A stretch of 64,000 nucleotides of DNA from Barthelona sp. PCE (taxonomy: Eukaryota), in contig JAUFOR010000008.1 of the NCBI GenBank assembly GCA_040285745.1, positions 992,001 through 1,056,000 on the forward strand, read 5' to 3'. Numbering within the stretch: the stretch's first letter is position 1; the number at the start of each line of letters is the position of its first letter. Positions 50,762-60,365 of this stretch are shown here, piece after piece. The notes below the pieces were generated by a model. It was given only the letters and a program-made list of their open reading frames with translations. It made no database searches and was not told the DNA's origin. The position numbers and the translations under genes are program-made.

Positions 50762-52696
50762 ATGCCAAGAAGGGTACATAATTATTTCCAGACCGAAAGA
50801 GGGCTTCTTAACATTTCAAAATTTGCTGTTCAGCTTGAAAATGAAGATTATGAGAGGATCGATAGCATTAATATTGATAATAGAACTGATTTATCAATGA
50901 GATTAGGATCTCCAACTATTATTAATGACTCAATATCTGGGAATGAATTTTTGAAATGCTCAAACTGCGATCTATACTACACTTTTGATGATATTTTTTC
51001 AGAAGTTTTTATTGTTTACTTTTACCAGTTTTTAAATGAAAATTTTGAATACGTTGATAACAGATCATATGAATTTAAGTACACAGTTCGGCAATTTCAC
51101 GTGTTAGACCCAAATACCACAATTGTCAAATACAAAAGGAGTTTCATTTTGCTAACTTGGGATGATTTGGAGAACAGCAAAAGGCATGTATCGGTAATGT
51201 ATCAATATTTGGCAGCTATTGGTTTGTATATGTTCTTCAAGAATGGTAGGAAAATTGAAATATTTCATTTGCGCAAAAATAATGAAGAATACTCTTCTAT
51301 ACCAGTCGATACCGAAGTTTCTTACTTCAATGGGCGATGCAGACTTACAAATTGCTTTTATAATTGTCAAGAAAAACCCAACGAAGATAATCACGCAGGT
51401 TTTATAGTACATTTTTTGGATAATGGTTCATTACAAAAACTGGATATTTCTTCTCATTTTCCAATGATAAGTTTCCTTGACCGTCCTACGAAGGTTGAAA
51501 TTTGGGTATTATCCATTTCCAAACAGCAACTCGTTTTGGAAGCAACATACAAAAGAAAATATACTATTGTTTACATATACGATACTGGCACATGTGAGAC
51601 TTTTGAGCTCAACATGCGTTATACATTCTTGCCTGAACAACCTTTCTCAACAGAATTCAACTATTTATCTCGATTTTGCAAGCGTTTTGCACTTATTGAC
51701 AATCATCTATTACAATACAACACTTTAATACCACTGAACGGTGTTTTATTCACGATATCGAACATAAAACATGATTGGATTGGTTGCACAGGAAGCACTC
51801 TATTATTTTTAGTTAATAGGTTCTTTGTTGCAGTTGATATTGAACGGAAACGCACGATGTATCACAAGTTAAAGCCTTACAATCAAGAATTAAGGAGGAT
51901 AGTTTGGTCGGCATCGACAGATGCTTTCACCGTTCTTGACAAGGCTGATACATATATATATGGTTATATTATTGGTGAATTTGACTTTGAAAACGCCATT
52001 TACCCTGTTGTAAGTGGAACTAATGGAGCTGGAAGGACTGCATTCGTAATTAACAGGAAAGAGATTGCTTTTCTTAGTTTTTGTACTCATTCAGGTACTC
52101 ATTCTCTTCACATTCTTGACAGAGTGTCAGGTGAGGTTTCTGTTCAAGCTGTGGAATCTGAAGAAAGGCTAACACTTAACTATTATACAGGAAGTTCGCT
52201 TGTTTGTGAAGGAGATGAATCGAGTGTTGCAATTGGTTTTAAAAGGTACAGAAATGTGTGGAAGCAGGAGATATTGGTAAACTCTTGTTTTGAAAATCAT
52301 CACATTAATCAATACAACGAAACATTTGAAAGTATTGCTGTGCCGCTGCGTTTCCTACGTTTTTTATCTTCAGAACTTGCATTATGCACTACGGCAGTTT
52401 ATTATGTGACTGATATGACTGTTGCAATTGATCTTGTTAAGCTTGGCATTGAACTAGACTGGATTTACAGTCGCTATAGCATAACTGATAGTCTTCTGAG
52501 AATATTCAACTTCGATATGAAGAATGGAGCAATCAAAATGTACAGATTTGTTTTTAAAGAAGCGATGATAGAGCAAATTGATACCCTGACTATTTCATTT
52601 GAGGAATTCTTTTCTAGTTGCACATACCACGATCTTTCCAGTATCTGCTACCCACACGCTCATCATTCAGTGCGTCCTTTGCACGAATTCTGTTAG
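50762..52696 (+). CDS. Hypothetical beta-rich protein, 'MPR' orphan family member 3
   Basis: 644-aa ORF starting MPRRVHNYFQTERG and ending ISFEEFFSSC... Confidence 0.7.
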   Translation: MPRRVHNYFQTERGLLNISKFAVQLENEDYERIDSINIDNRTDLSMRLGSPTIINDSISGNEFLKCSNCDLYYTFDDIFSEVFIVYFYQFLNENFEYVDNRSYEFKYTVRQFHVLDPNTTIVKYKRSFILLTWDDLENSKRHVSVMYQYLAAIGLYMFFKNGRKIEIFHLRKNNEEYSSIPVDTEVSYFNGRCRLTNCFYNCQEKPNEDNHAGFIVHFLDNGSLQKLDISSHFPMISFLDRPTKVEIWVLSISKQQLVLEATYKRKYTIVYIYDTGTCETFELNMRYTFLPEQPFSTEFNYLSRFCKRFALIDNHLLQYNTLIPLNGVLFTISNIKHDWIGCTGSTLLFLVNRFFVAVDIERKRTMYHKLKPYNQELRRIVWSASTDAFTVLDKADTYIYGYIIGEFDFENAIYPVVSGTNGAGRTAFVINRKEIAFLSFCTHSGTHSLHILDRVSGEVSVQAVESEERLTLNYYTGSSLVCEGDESSVAIGFKRYRNVWKQEILVNSCFENHHINQYNETFESIAVPLRFLRFLSSELALCTTAVYYVTDMTVAIDLVKLGIELDWIYSRYSITDSLLRIFNFDMKNGAIKMYRFVFKEAMIEQIDTLTISFEEFFSSCTYHDLSSICYPHAHHSVRPLHEFC

Positions 52697-52839
52697 TAGT
52701 GTGAATAATACTTTATCAACATATTACAGATTAATAATAAATGAGGAGTATAACATATGAGCGCAAAAAAGCTGCATACGAACCGAAATATGAACAAATA
52801 TAAGTTATTTACTGCAATATCACAAAACATCTACTCCAA

Positions 52840-55800
52840 TTACCTGCGTTTTCTATTTCTTGAGGATCTACTTTCAAGTATATCATTCACGCTCATCCTT
52901 TTCTTCTTCGATCGAGTTCTTGATGATGCTCGCGATGTGGAGTGACCTGGAAGTGTTCCCATTGTCAGACCATTATCTAAAGTAACAACCTCCTTCTTGA
53001 AAGGTACTTTTTGCTGTGAGAATCCCATGCTAGTTTGAGGACGAGGTGGGAATAAACTAACTGATACAGCTGACTTATCGTATCTCCTCGAAGTCGACGA
53101 CAATGAATCAAGTGTTGCTGAAAGTTTCTGTTCCAAAATCCTGTTACCATACTTGTATGACATATCAGGGGTATCAGGTCTTTCAATCTTGTTAAATACA
53201 CTCAAACTTGCATCTGCTGTTTTTGGACGACGTGGGTAACTGTCATCAAAAGCAGTTGGAATGTCGTCTATCCTCAGTCGTGGCAGATCAACCTCCTGTA
53301 CATCCAATGTTAAGGGTTTTATACGTTGACGCTCAATTCGACGTATATCACTGATACCAACATTAGAAATTCCTCTAGTTGCTGCCATGTAAAGCTTTCT
53401 ACTCTTATCCAACTCCTTCAGCGTCTCCTTGCGTTTCTCCTCATCAAAGAACTCGTCCTGAAGAACAGGGTGCTGTCGGAGGTACCTACGTAAATATCCA
53501 GACAATAGATCAATGTTGCGATTGTTTGAATCGTTATGGCTCTGCGATACTGTTGCCAATAAAGCAAGAGCACGATTCTTGAACGTCGGGTCCTGTTTAA
53601 CAAAGAAAACAACCGTATTCACCATTTCACCCAGAGCATCCTTGTCGATGTCTCCTTCAACAAAGAAAGCGTATGATTCCAAGAGCACCGTTTCAATAGC
53701 ACCATCCTCAACGATAAACTGCTTGAACACACGGTAGTCGCTACAGACAAACTTGACAAGCTGCAATGACTGGGACCTTAACTCATTCCAAACTTCGTAA
53801 CACGTCGATTTCCTTGATACGTTGAGCACATCGTTGGTCTCTAGGACAATACACTTTGGGAGTGGTACCATGACCTTAGCAGGCTTGACTGAATCAAAGA
53901 ACCTGATGAAATCTATAAACTTATTTGATATCAGTCCTATAATACAATTTCTGCTGATATCTTGTGTAGAAAACATATTTAACATCTTAAACAATAAAAT
54001 ACATGTAAATTGCAGATAGTAGGGGATAGTTTTAGATTCCTTAAACGCACGAACGCATAAATTTAAAATTGGATTGATCAAATCAGTGACCAGTTTCGAG
54101 AAGACGTAAAAAAAATTGTTCACATGAAAGTCTATCGAAGAGGTCTTGATCATATTCCTGAATGAAATGTCCTTGAAGAAAAACAACAGATAACATGCAA
54201 CAATGAGCGGATAAGTTAAACTGTTGAATAGAGGTTTTGCAACAATCGTATTGAATGTTTCAGAGTCCAAAGCCGAATCAAAAACGCAAATGAAGTTGTT
54301 TAAATATGAGTGCAACGTGTCATCAATGAAATTTGTCTCAAACAACGCAACCAAGAAGTGGTATATCTGTGAATAATCAGCTGATAGCATCTTTTCACAA
54401 CACAAAACCAACATCTTCCACACAACACTAACGCGTTCAGTTGACATAGCTGTCAAAACCCAAAATTGATCTTCAGCCATGTCCTCATCATGAACATCGA
54501 TGATCTCCTTTGTACCAACACTCTTAACTGCGATCAATCGACGTGCCTCTGTCAACAACTCCGTTGACCTATCCGTGTCCAATAGGGTTGATTCGACGCT
54601 ACAACTGTTTAAATTACTAATCTTTCGATAATTGAGCGCAGTGCTACCTCCTCTGTTACGAATGATCCAGCTCTTTGTTCTTTTGAATTGGGAAGGAAGC
54701 TCGGTGAGAGGGACCTCCGGCTCGCTGGTATCGCTGGCCAGGCTGAGCACACTACTTTGACTTGCACGAAATCGCAGTCTCTTAGTCGCACGCGCCATCA
54801 CACTATTACAAAACAGCGTTGCGTTAACAACCTGTTTGAATTTGCTTTTCCCCTCTGTCATCGGCTGGTGCGGGGTAGGAACCCTCAGAAAATCTGGAAG
54901 AACTGACTTAAGTAAAGTCACAAATATAGGTGTGGGTTTTGGCGCCTTGTTCTGAAGCTTGAGCATGCCTGCCATGTTCGTGACGCTGTGCATACCTCCT
55001 GCTCTTATGTTACGCTTGTCGAGCACAGTGCTCTCCATACTGTACGACTTATTCAACAATGCGACAATAGTGCTACTATCCAAACGAGAGAAAACGTAGA
55101 CTAGGAAGTGCAGCATGCTCATAAGGAACTTTTGATTAATATCTTTTTTCTTCAGAAGCTCAACAAACCTTTCAACAGTTTTTTCCATCAACAACTTTGC
55201 ACCAGAACCGGATCCGCTCTCGGCAAAGAATTCAAGCGTCGCGGTAGTCGCAGGAAGCAAGTCAATGAGTTCGTGAAGGTGTTTGGCGTTCGGCATTACG
55301 ACATATGATGTCTTGTAAATGCTATACTCCAAATTCAACTTATCGAAAAGCCTAAAGACGTTGCCGTTCACATCTGAGTTCTCCTCCAACCGCTTGCATA
55401 TCATGCGTAAGATACGAACACTTCTTACGATCTGTCGCTTGAAATTATTGAATTCTGCTAATAAGGTCAAGGCATTGATGTACTCCGGCGTTACAAACGG
55501 TGATAAGAAGACAACACGGGCTGCGCTGTTAATGGTTGTGTGTGTTACACTCTTTGATATCATCCTTAAAACAACGTCGGACCATTTCTGGAACGAGGTC
55601 ATCTCCAAGTCATAGAAAACATTAACATTACTGTGTATGTCAATGTCGATGAACCCATCGTCGAGAAGAGTAAGACCACACGCTGCAAGAACAGCTTTGA
55701 GCCCCTTTTGGCTCAGTTGCAAATGCGTAATTGAACAAGAAAGCAAACGTTTAGTGTCGTACATTGCCAACAGCACAATGGCTCGAGATGGGTCCATGAA

Positions 55801-57006
55801 GCACAGCTGGGTGAACCTTTTCAACTGATCTTTGTAATTAAGAAAATGATTGACAATCTGTGAACTGATACTCTTCAAATTACACTTATCAAAGAAAATA
55901 ACTGTACTATACTTCTTCAAAAGCAGTCTCTTCTGCTTCTCTGTGATGCGTTTCTGTTGGGCTTTCCTCATTTCGTCTTGATACAATTCATAAAATACGC
56001 ATTTTTCCAAGAAAACATTGGAAATTGAGCCATTGAAAACGTCCGCTTCAATTAAAACGTCAATAAGGGCAATTAAGGAATTGATCTTTTCCAACCAATG
56101 ATCTTTCTTCATGTTCTCAGCAGATAATGCATCATTCAAGAGAGTTGAACAAAACCTGTTGAGCATATCCTTCACTTCGATCACCAAAACATCATTCACA
56201 CCATCAATTGAAAACAATGCAGTGAAATATGTGATGATAAGTGTTGAATCAACACAAAAACGCTGAAAATAACAAAGATTTTGTAACAATAACGAAATCA
56301 ACACTGTGTTCTCAAGCAAAGATGTCAGCAAAGATATATTCCTGATCGGATCAAGTAACAAGAACTCAAAAAATCCTAATGTAAAGACATTGGTGAATTT
56401 ATCAGCATCCCATTCGAATAGAAGTAGATTTTCGATTAAAAATGACAAACTTTCACTATTCTGTTCCTTGGTAATATACATCTGGGTGTCCTTGCTTAAC
56501 TTTTTATCTGAATTTATGAAAGAGAGAATATTATGATTGGAAAAACTATATTCAGGTAATATGAAAATTCGTTCTCTGTCAATAAAGACTCCCTGTGCTT
56601 GTAAAAATGCAATGATCCTGGACATAACAAGCCTGTAGTTGACGGCATTGCTGTGCAAATGAAACTCATGATGTTGATATGCAATAAAGATTTCAAAAAC
56701 GCTCCTGAAATCAAATTCAAAGAGACGTGGTTCGTCTGTAGGGTTGAATCTGCGTGTATCGAACACGGACAAACAAGACATGCATGAATTCATGAGTAGA
56801 ATAAATTTTTCATGCAATTGTTCCCGCTCGTCTTCTGAAGGTGTGTAATACTTTTCAAACGATTGGAAGACAACACATAGTCCATTGAGACCCATGAGCT
56901 CTTTGAGATCATCTTTGTTCAATTGTACAATGGATGATAGAGCAAATTGTAGGTTCTTTTCGCTTGTTTGCTTTAAACTTCGTAGTATTAATGGGACTTC
57001 TGTCAT
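52840..57006 (-). CDS. Large hypothetical alpha-helical (ARM/HEAT-like) protein with a disordered Ser/Arg-rich tail
   Basis: 1388-aa ORF, Leu-rich helical composition; tail contains RPKTA, RPDTP and RPQTS. Confidence 0.7.
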   Translation of the reverse strand: MTEVPLILRSLKQTSEKNLQFALSSIVQLNKDDLKELMGLNGLCVVFQSFEKYYTPSEDEREQLHEKFILLMNSCMSCLSVFDTRRFNPTDEPRLFEFDFRSVFEIFIAYQHHEFHLHSNAVNYRLVMSRIIAFLQAQGVFIDRERIFILPEYSFSNHNILSFINSDKKLSKDTQMYITKEQNSESLSFLIENLLLFEWDADKFTNVFTLGFFEFLLLDPIRNISLLTSLLENTVLISLLLQNLCYFQRFCVDSTLIITYFTALFSIDGVNDVLVIEVKDMLNRFCSTLLNDALSAENMKKDHWLEKINSLIALIDVLIEADVFNGSISNVFLEKCVFYELYQDEMRKAQQKRITEKQKRLLLKKYSTVIFFDKCNLKSISSQIVNHFLNYKDQLKRFTQLCFMDPSRAIVLLAMYDTKRLLSCSITHLQLSQKGLKAVLAACGLTLLDDGFIDIDIHSNVNVFYDLEMTSFQKWSDVVLRMISKSVTHTTINSAARVVFLSPFVTPEYINALTLLAEFNNFKRQIVRSVRILRMICKRLEENSDVNGNVFRLFDKLNLEYSIYKTSYVVMPNAKHLHELIDLLPATTATLEFFAESGSGSGAKLLMEKTVERFVELLKKKDINQKFLMSMLHFLVYVFSRLDSSTIVALLNKSYSMESTVLDKRNIRAGGMHSVTNMAGMLKLQNKAPKPTPIFVTLLKSVLPDFLRVPTPHQPMTEGKSKFKQVVNATLFCNSVMARATKRLRFRASQSSVLSLASDTSEPEVPLTELPSQFKRTKSWIIRNRGGSTALNYRKISNLNSCSVESTLLDTDRSTELLTEARRLIAVKSVGTKEIIDVHDEDMAEDQFWVLTAMSTERVSVVWKMLVLCCEKMLSADYSQIYHFLVALFETNFIDDTLHSYLNNFICVFDSALDSETFNTIVAKPLFNSLTYPLIVACYLLFFFKDISFRNMIKTSSIDFHVNNFFYVFSKLVTDLINPILNLCVRAFKESKTIPYYLQFTCILLFKMLNMFSTQDISRNCIIGLISNKFIDFIRFFDSVKPAKVMVPLPKCIVLETNDVLNVSRKSTCYEVWNELRSQSLQLVKFVCSDYRVFKQFIVEDGAIETVLLESYAFFVEGDIDKDALGEMVNTVVFFVKQDPTFKNRALALLATVSQSHNDSNNRNIDLLSGYLRRYLRQHPVLQDEFFDEEKRKETLKELDKSRKLYMAATRGISNVGISDIRRIERQRIKPLTLDVQEVDLPRLRIDDIPTAFDDSYPRRPKTADASLSVFNKIERPDTPDMSYKYGNRILEQKLSATLDSLSSTSRRYDKSAVSVSLFPPRPQTSMGFSQQKVPFKKEVVTLDNGLTMGTLPGHSTSRASSRTRSKKKRMSVNDILESRSSRNRKRR

Positions 57007-58075
57007 GAAATTATAGCTTATAGCATTTGCGTAAGCGAAAGAGAAAGATATTTGTTATAACAATTGAATTATGTTCAATCTATCTTATTGAACTTGTTAT
57101 CCAACTTTTACACCTTTAAATGGGAGTTAAAAACCAGAATACTCACCAATAAGCCATATTAGTGATTTATACGTGAAACTGCGTTAGCTTCTTTTCAAAG
57201 CAAACAAATCTATTATGCACGTCGCTCACATGGAAATAATATGTCAATTTAATCTTGATCTTAGCACGTAACAAAAGGTTAATCCTTTTCTGTAAGAGAA
57301 ACACAAAAATTCAATACATGTTTGGTTTATTTATTCGTTAATGCTTGTGAATGGGTAACTGGGTGAATTCAACCACTAAACAAAACATACTGTTTTGAAA
57401 TATGCTAAAATGTTGTGAAAAATATTTCACAAAATTTACAACAGTCCTGTCAAAAAAAAAACCCGAGATTCACTTACACTGAAACTAAAATTTCCCAAAC
57501 ATACAACAAACAAAAATTTCCCAAAAAAAAACTTAACTAAGCATTTTACCACAACACAATAACTTTAATCTCAATATTAATAGCCAAATCCTCTGTAAAT
57601 CGAATCAAAATAGCCATATAGTGCGATATCGTTGAAAAAAAAACAACACGTATTCAAAAAGTTGTTTCTTCAGATGCCGAGTGGAGCAGCGCGGCAGAGT
57701 ATCATTTCTAACGCTAGAGAAATGAATTTTTACTCGGCATTACTTGATAAAGCGCATAAAATATTTAGCAGCTGATAACTCAAATATAGCGTTCATGAGC
57801 CCTTAATCGCTTGATACGGCTTTTTTTGGGTCCGAATTTACCGCTCAATGCATCTAACTGTGTTGGATCTTATTTTTTTTATTATGCAGGAATTGAAAGT
57901 GTCGAGTCAAACCAAATCTTCCGGCTATAAGTACACAAACAGACAAACTATTCTATTCCCGCGGGTTGAGACATCCAAACACAGCATATAGCTTGTATTT
58001 TCAAATATCTTCTCTTTCTGAGTCTTTTATTCCGTTTTCTCACCTTTTTCATTTGCTTAGCCAATACCACTTCCA

Positions 58076-59098
58076 ATGAAATATCTCATTTTCACGGTTC
58101 TGGTCCTCCTTTGCGTTACCTCTGCGTTCAACAAGGATGATCTCAAGTTCAACAAGGACGGTACTTTTAAGGTTGTTCAGTTTACTGATCTCCACTTTAC
58201 AGATTACTGCCACAACGATACCAAGACACAAGAGCTCATGACAATGGTGCTTAATGAGGAAAAACCTGATCTCGTCATTATCACTGGTGATCTCATCTCT
58301 GGATGGCTCCTCAAACAGTCTTCTGTTGTCTCCTGGAAGCAAGCTGTCAAGCCCATCATTGATCTTGGTTATCCTTATGCCTGGGTCTTTGGTAACCACG
58401 ATCATCAGGGTGATCTTGACTACAAGGGTGTTCTTGCCTACGACAAGTCCCTTTCTGACTTAACCCTCGTCGAAGAAGGACCTGAGGACGTTGCTGGTCA
58501 CTCAAACTATCATCTTACGATTAAATCTGCAAAGTCCAATGAGCCCGCTCACGTTATGTACTTCCTTGATACCCATGCCAAGGTTCCCAAGCATTCTCAT
58601 ATGCAAGGTATGGATTTCATCAAGCCCTCTCAGGTTAACTGGTACTACGAGACCTCCAAACAATTAGAATCACAGCACGGTAAGATGCAGGGTTCTATGT
58701 GGTTCCACATCCCCATTCCCGAGTACGAGAAGCAGTGGTTCTGCCGCAAGTCCTACGGTCATATGGATGACTGGGATATTGGTGTTCCTTTCGTTAACGG
58801 TGGTATCTATGGTGCTGCTGCCGATCGCGGTGATGTCTCAAACATGTTCTGCGGCCACGCTCACATGTGTGATTTCCGTGGTGTCCACTACGATGGTATC
58901 CAACTTCTTTTCGGTCGTTCTACTGGTTTCTCTGGTTACGGTACTCTTCAGAAGGGTGCCCGTGTCGTTGAAATTCACGAGGGTGAGCGTAACATCAAGA
59001 CATGGTTGCGTTTAGCCGATAACACGGTTGTTCTTCGCCAGACTGAGCACGAGCCTGAGGCTGGTCGTTGTTACTTCAGACCCTACAAGCCATGGTAA
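58076..59098 (+). CDS. Secreted calcineurin-like metallophosphoesterase (Dcr2/PAP29-like)
   Basis: Signal peptide MKYLIFTVLVLLCVTSA; LKFNKDGTFKVVQFTDLH, TGDLI, FGNHD, FHIP.PEY, FCGHAH and GARV motifs. Confidence 0.9.
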   Translation: MKYLIFTVLVLLCVTSAFNKDDLKFNKDGTFKVVQFTDLHFTDYCHNDTKTQELMTMVLNEEKPDLVIITGDLISGWLLKQSSVVSWKQAVKPIIDLGYPYAWVFGNHDHQGDLDYKGVLAYDKSLSDLTLVEEGPEDVAGHSNYHLTIKSAKSNEPAHVMYFLDTHAKVPKHSHMQGMDFIKPSQVNWYYETSKQLESQHGKMQGSMWFHIPIPEYEKQWFCRKSYGHMDDWDIGVPFVNGGIYGAAADRGDVSNMFCGHAHMCDFRGVHYDGIQLLFGRSTGFSGYGTLQKGARVVEIHEGERNIKTWLRLADNTVVLRQTEHEPEAGRCYFRPYKPW

Positions 59099-59196
59099 TC
59101 ATATTCTTCGTTGAAGTTGATAATCTAGCTCAATAATAGTAAACCAATTTATTTCGATTTTATTTAATTGCAAACAAAAAATCCAACTCTTTACTA

Positions 59197-60204
59197 CTAA
59201 AACTCATCCTCGTCAAGCACATCCTCTGGGTTGATTGAAAACAGTTCAAACACATTAGAATACGTAAAGAGGAGATCTGAAACCATCGACAACCGATCAA
59301 TCTTAATAATCTCGTCTGTGAATATGGGGAGCGTAGTGACGTGCATTGTATCACAGTAGAACTCGAGGTACTGCAATATATACTTAATCTGCGATGCACG
59401 AATACTCTCACAGTGCTTACAACAAACATCCTCGTCCGGATATCTCACTTGATTAATAACAACATTACTGACATCAATATTCCTCTCCACGAGTGACATT
59501 ATGAGTCTCTCTGTCTCGTACAGACTCATTAACGTCGGTATTCCAACAGCGACGAATGTTGTCAACTTACTACTCTTCAACACCTTATCAAACGCCTCTG
59601 TGCTGTTACTAAGAGTATTTGCAAACTCCTCCTTGCTGTCCTCCTCCATCAGGTTCATGCTTCCCATCATATCCATGATCATCGATGATACTCCAGAATT
59701 GGAAATAGATGATATACCACGCGACATTGTTAAGAATTTCAACGCATGTCCGGTGGGTGCTGTATCGACAATTATCTTGTCATAATCTCCGATTGAACTC
59801 ATGAGAAATGTAAAAAACGATGCTTCGTCCATGGCGGGCATGAAATTCACAACTTGTGACATTAAACTATCAAAGAAACTGTTGCTACTGCTCTGTGCCG
59901 TCTCATTCAGCTTCTTTTCGTTGTCCTTCGCGGGATCAACCTCGACTGCTGACAGATTCTCAATGTGCTTCAAGACTGTTGGTTCATGAGATATGCGTTG
60001 TTTGAAGCAATCCTTTAGTGAGTGTGCAGGATCTGTTGACATGATCAATGTGTTGTACCCCAAGGATGCGAATTTAATTGCAATGGAACATGCAACGGTA
60101 GTTTTACCGACACCACCTTTTCCTCCCACAAAAATAAGTTTGAGTGACTCTCGTTCGACTAAATTGATGAGCGATTGCTCCAATACTCCATCTGGTAAGC
60201 TCAT
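59197..60204 (-). CDS. GET3: Tail-anchored protein targeting ATPase Get3/ASNA1
   Basis: FVGGKGGVGKTT, STDPAH, MDEA, DTAPTGH, SLYETERL and CKHC motifs; ATG at 60204. Confidence 0.92.
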   Translation of the reverse strand: MSLPDGVLEQSLINLVERESLKLIFVGGKGGVGKTTVACSIAIKFASLGYNTLIMSTDPAHSLKDCFKQRISHEPTVLKHIENLSAVEVDPAKDNEKKLNETAQSSSNSFFDSLMSQVVNFMPAMDEASFFTFLMSSIGDYDKIIVDTAPTGHALKFLTMSRGISSISNSGVSSMIMDMMGSMNLMEEDSKEEFANTLSNSTEAFDKVLKSSKLTTFVAVGIPTLMSLYETERLIMSLVERNIDVSNVVINQVRYPDEDVCCKHCESIRASQIKYILQYLEFYCDTMHVTTLPIFTDEIIKIDRLSMVSDLLFTYSNVFELFSINPEDVLDEDEF

Positions 60205-60365
60205 GTGTAGATATGGAATGAAAATTGTAATACTCAACTAATTCCTGTAATCATTGCTCTTCAAAACCCCAAGGTGCAAAAAACACCATTTTGCTGACAC
60301 CACACAGACTCAATGGGATTTAACTACTGTTGAAAAAAACCTGCCTCTCATCACAATAAAATTTA

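Noticed and set aside
57675-57740. tRNA gene
   Set aside because: An acceptor-like stem and A-box-like sequence are present, but there is no D-stem closure, 7-nt anticodon loop or TTC T-loop; kept only as an unassigned hairpin.
57806-57835. U2 snRNA-like 5' end (ATCGCTT...CGGCTTTTTTTGG)
   Set aside because: The branch-point recognition sequence GTAGTA does not follow; the similarity is probably chance.
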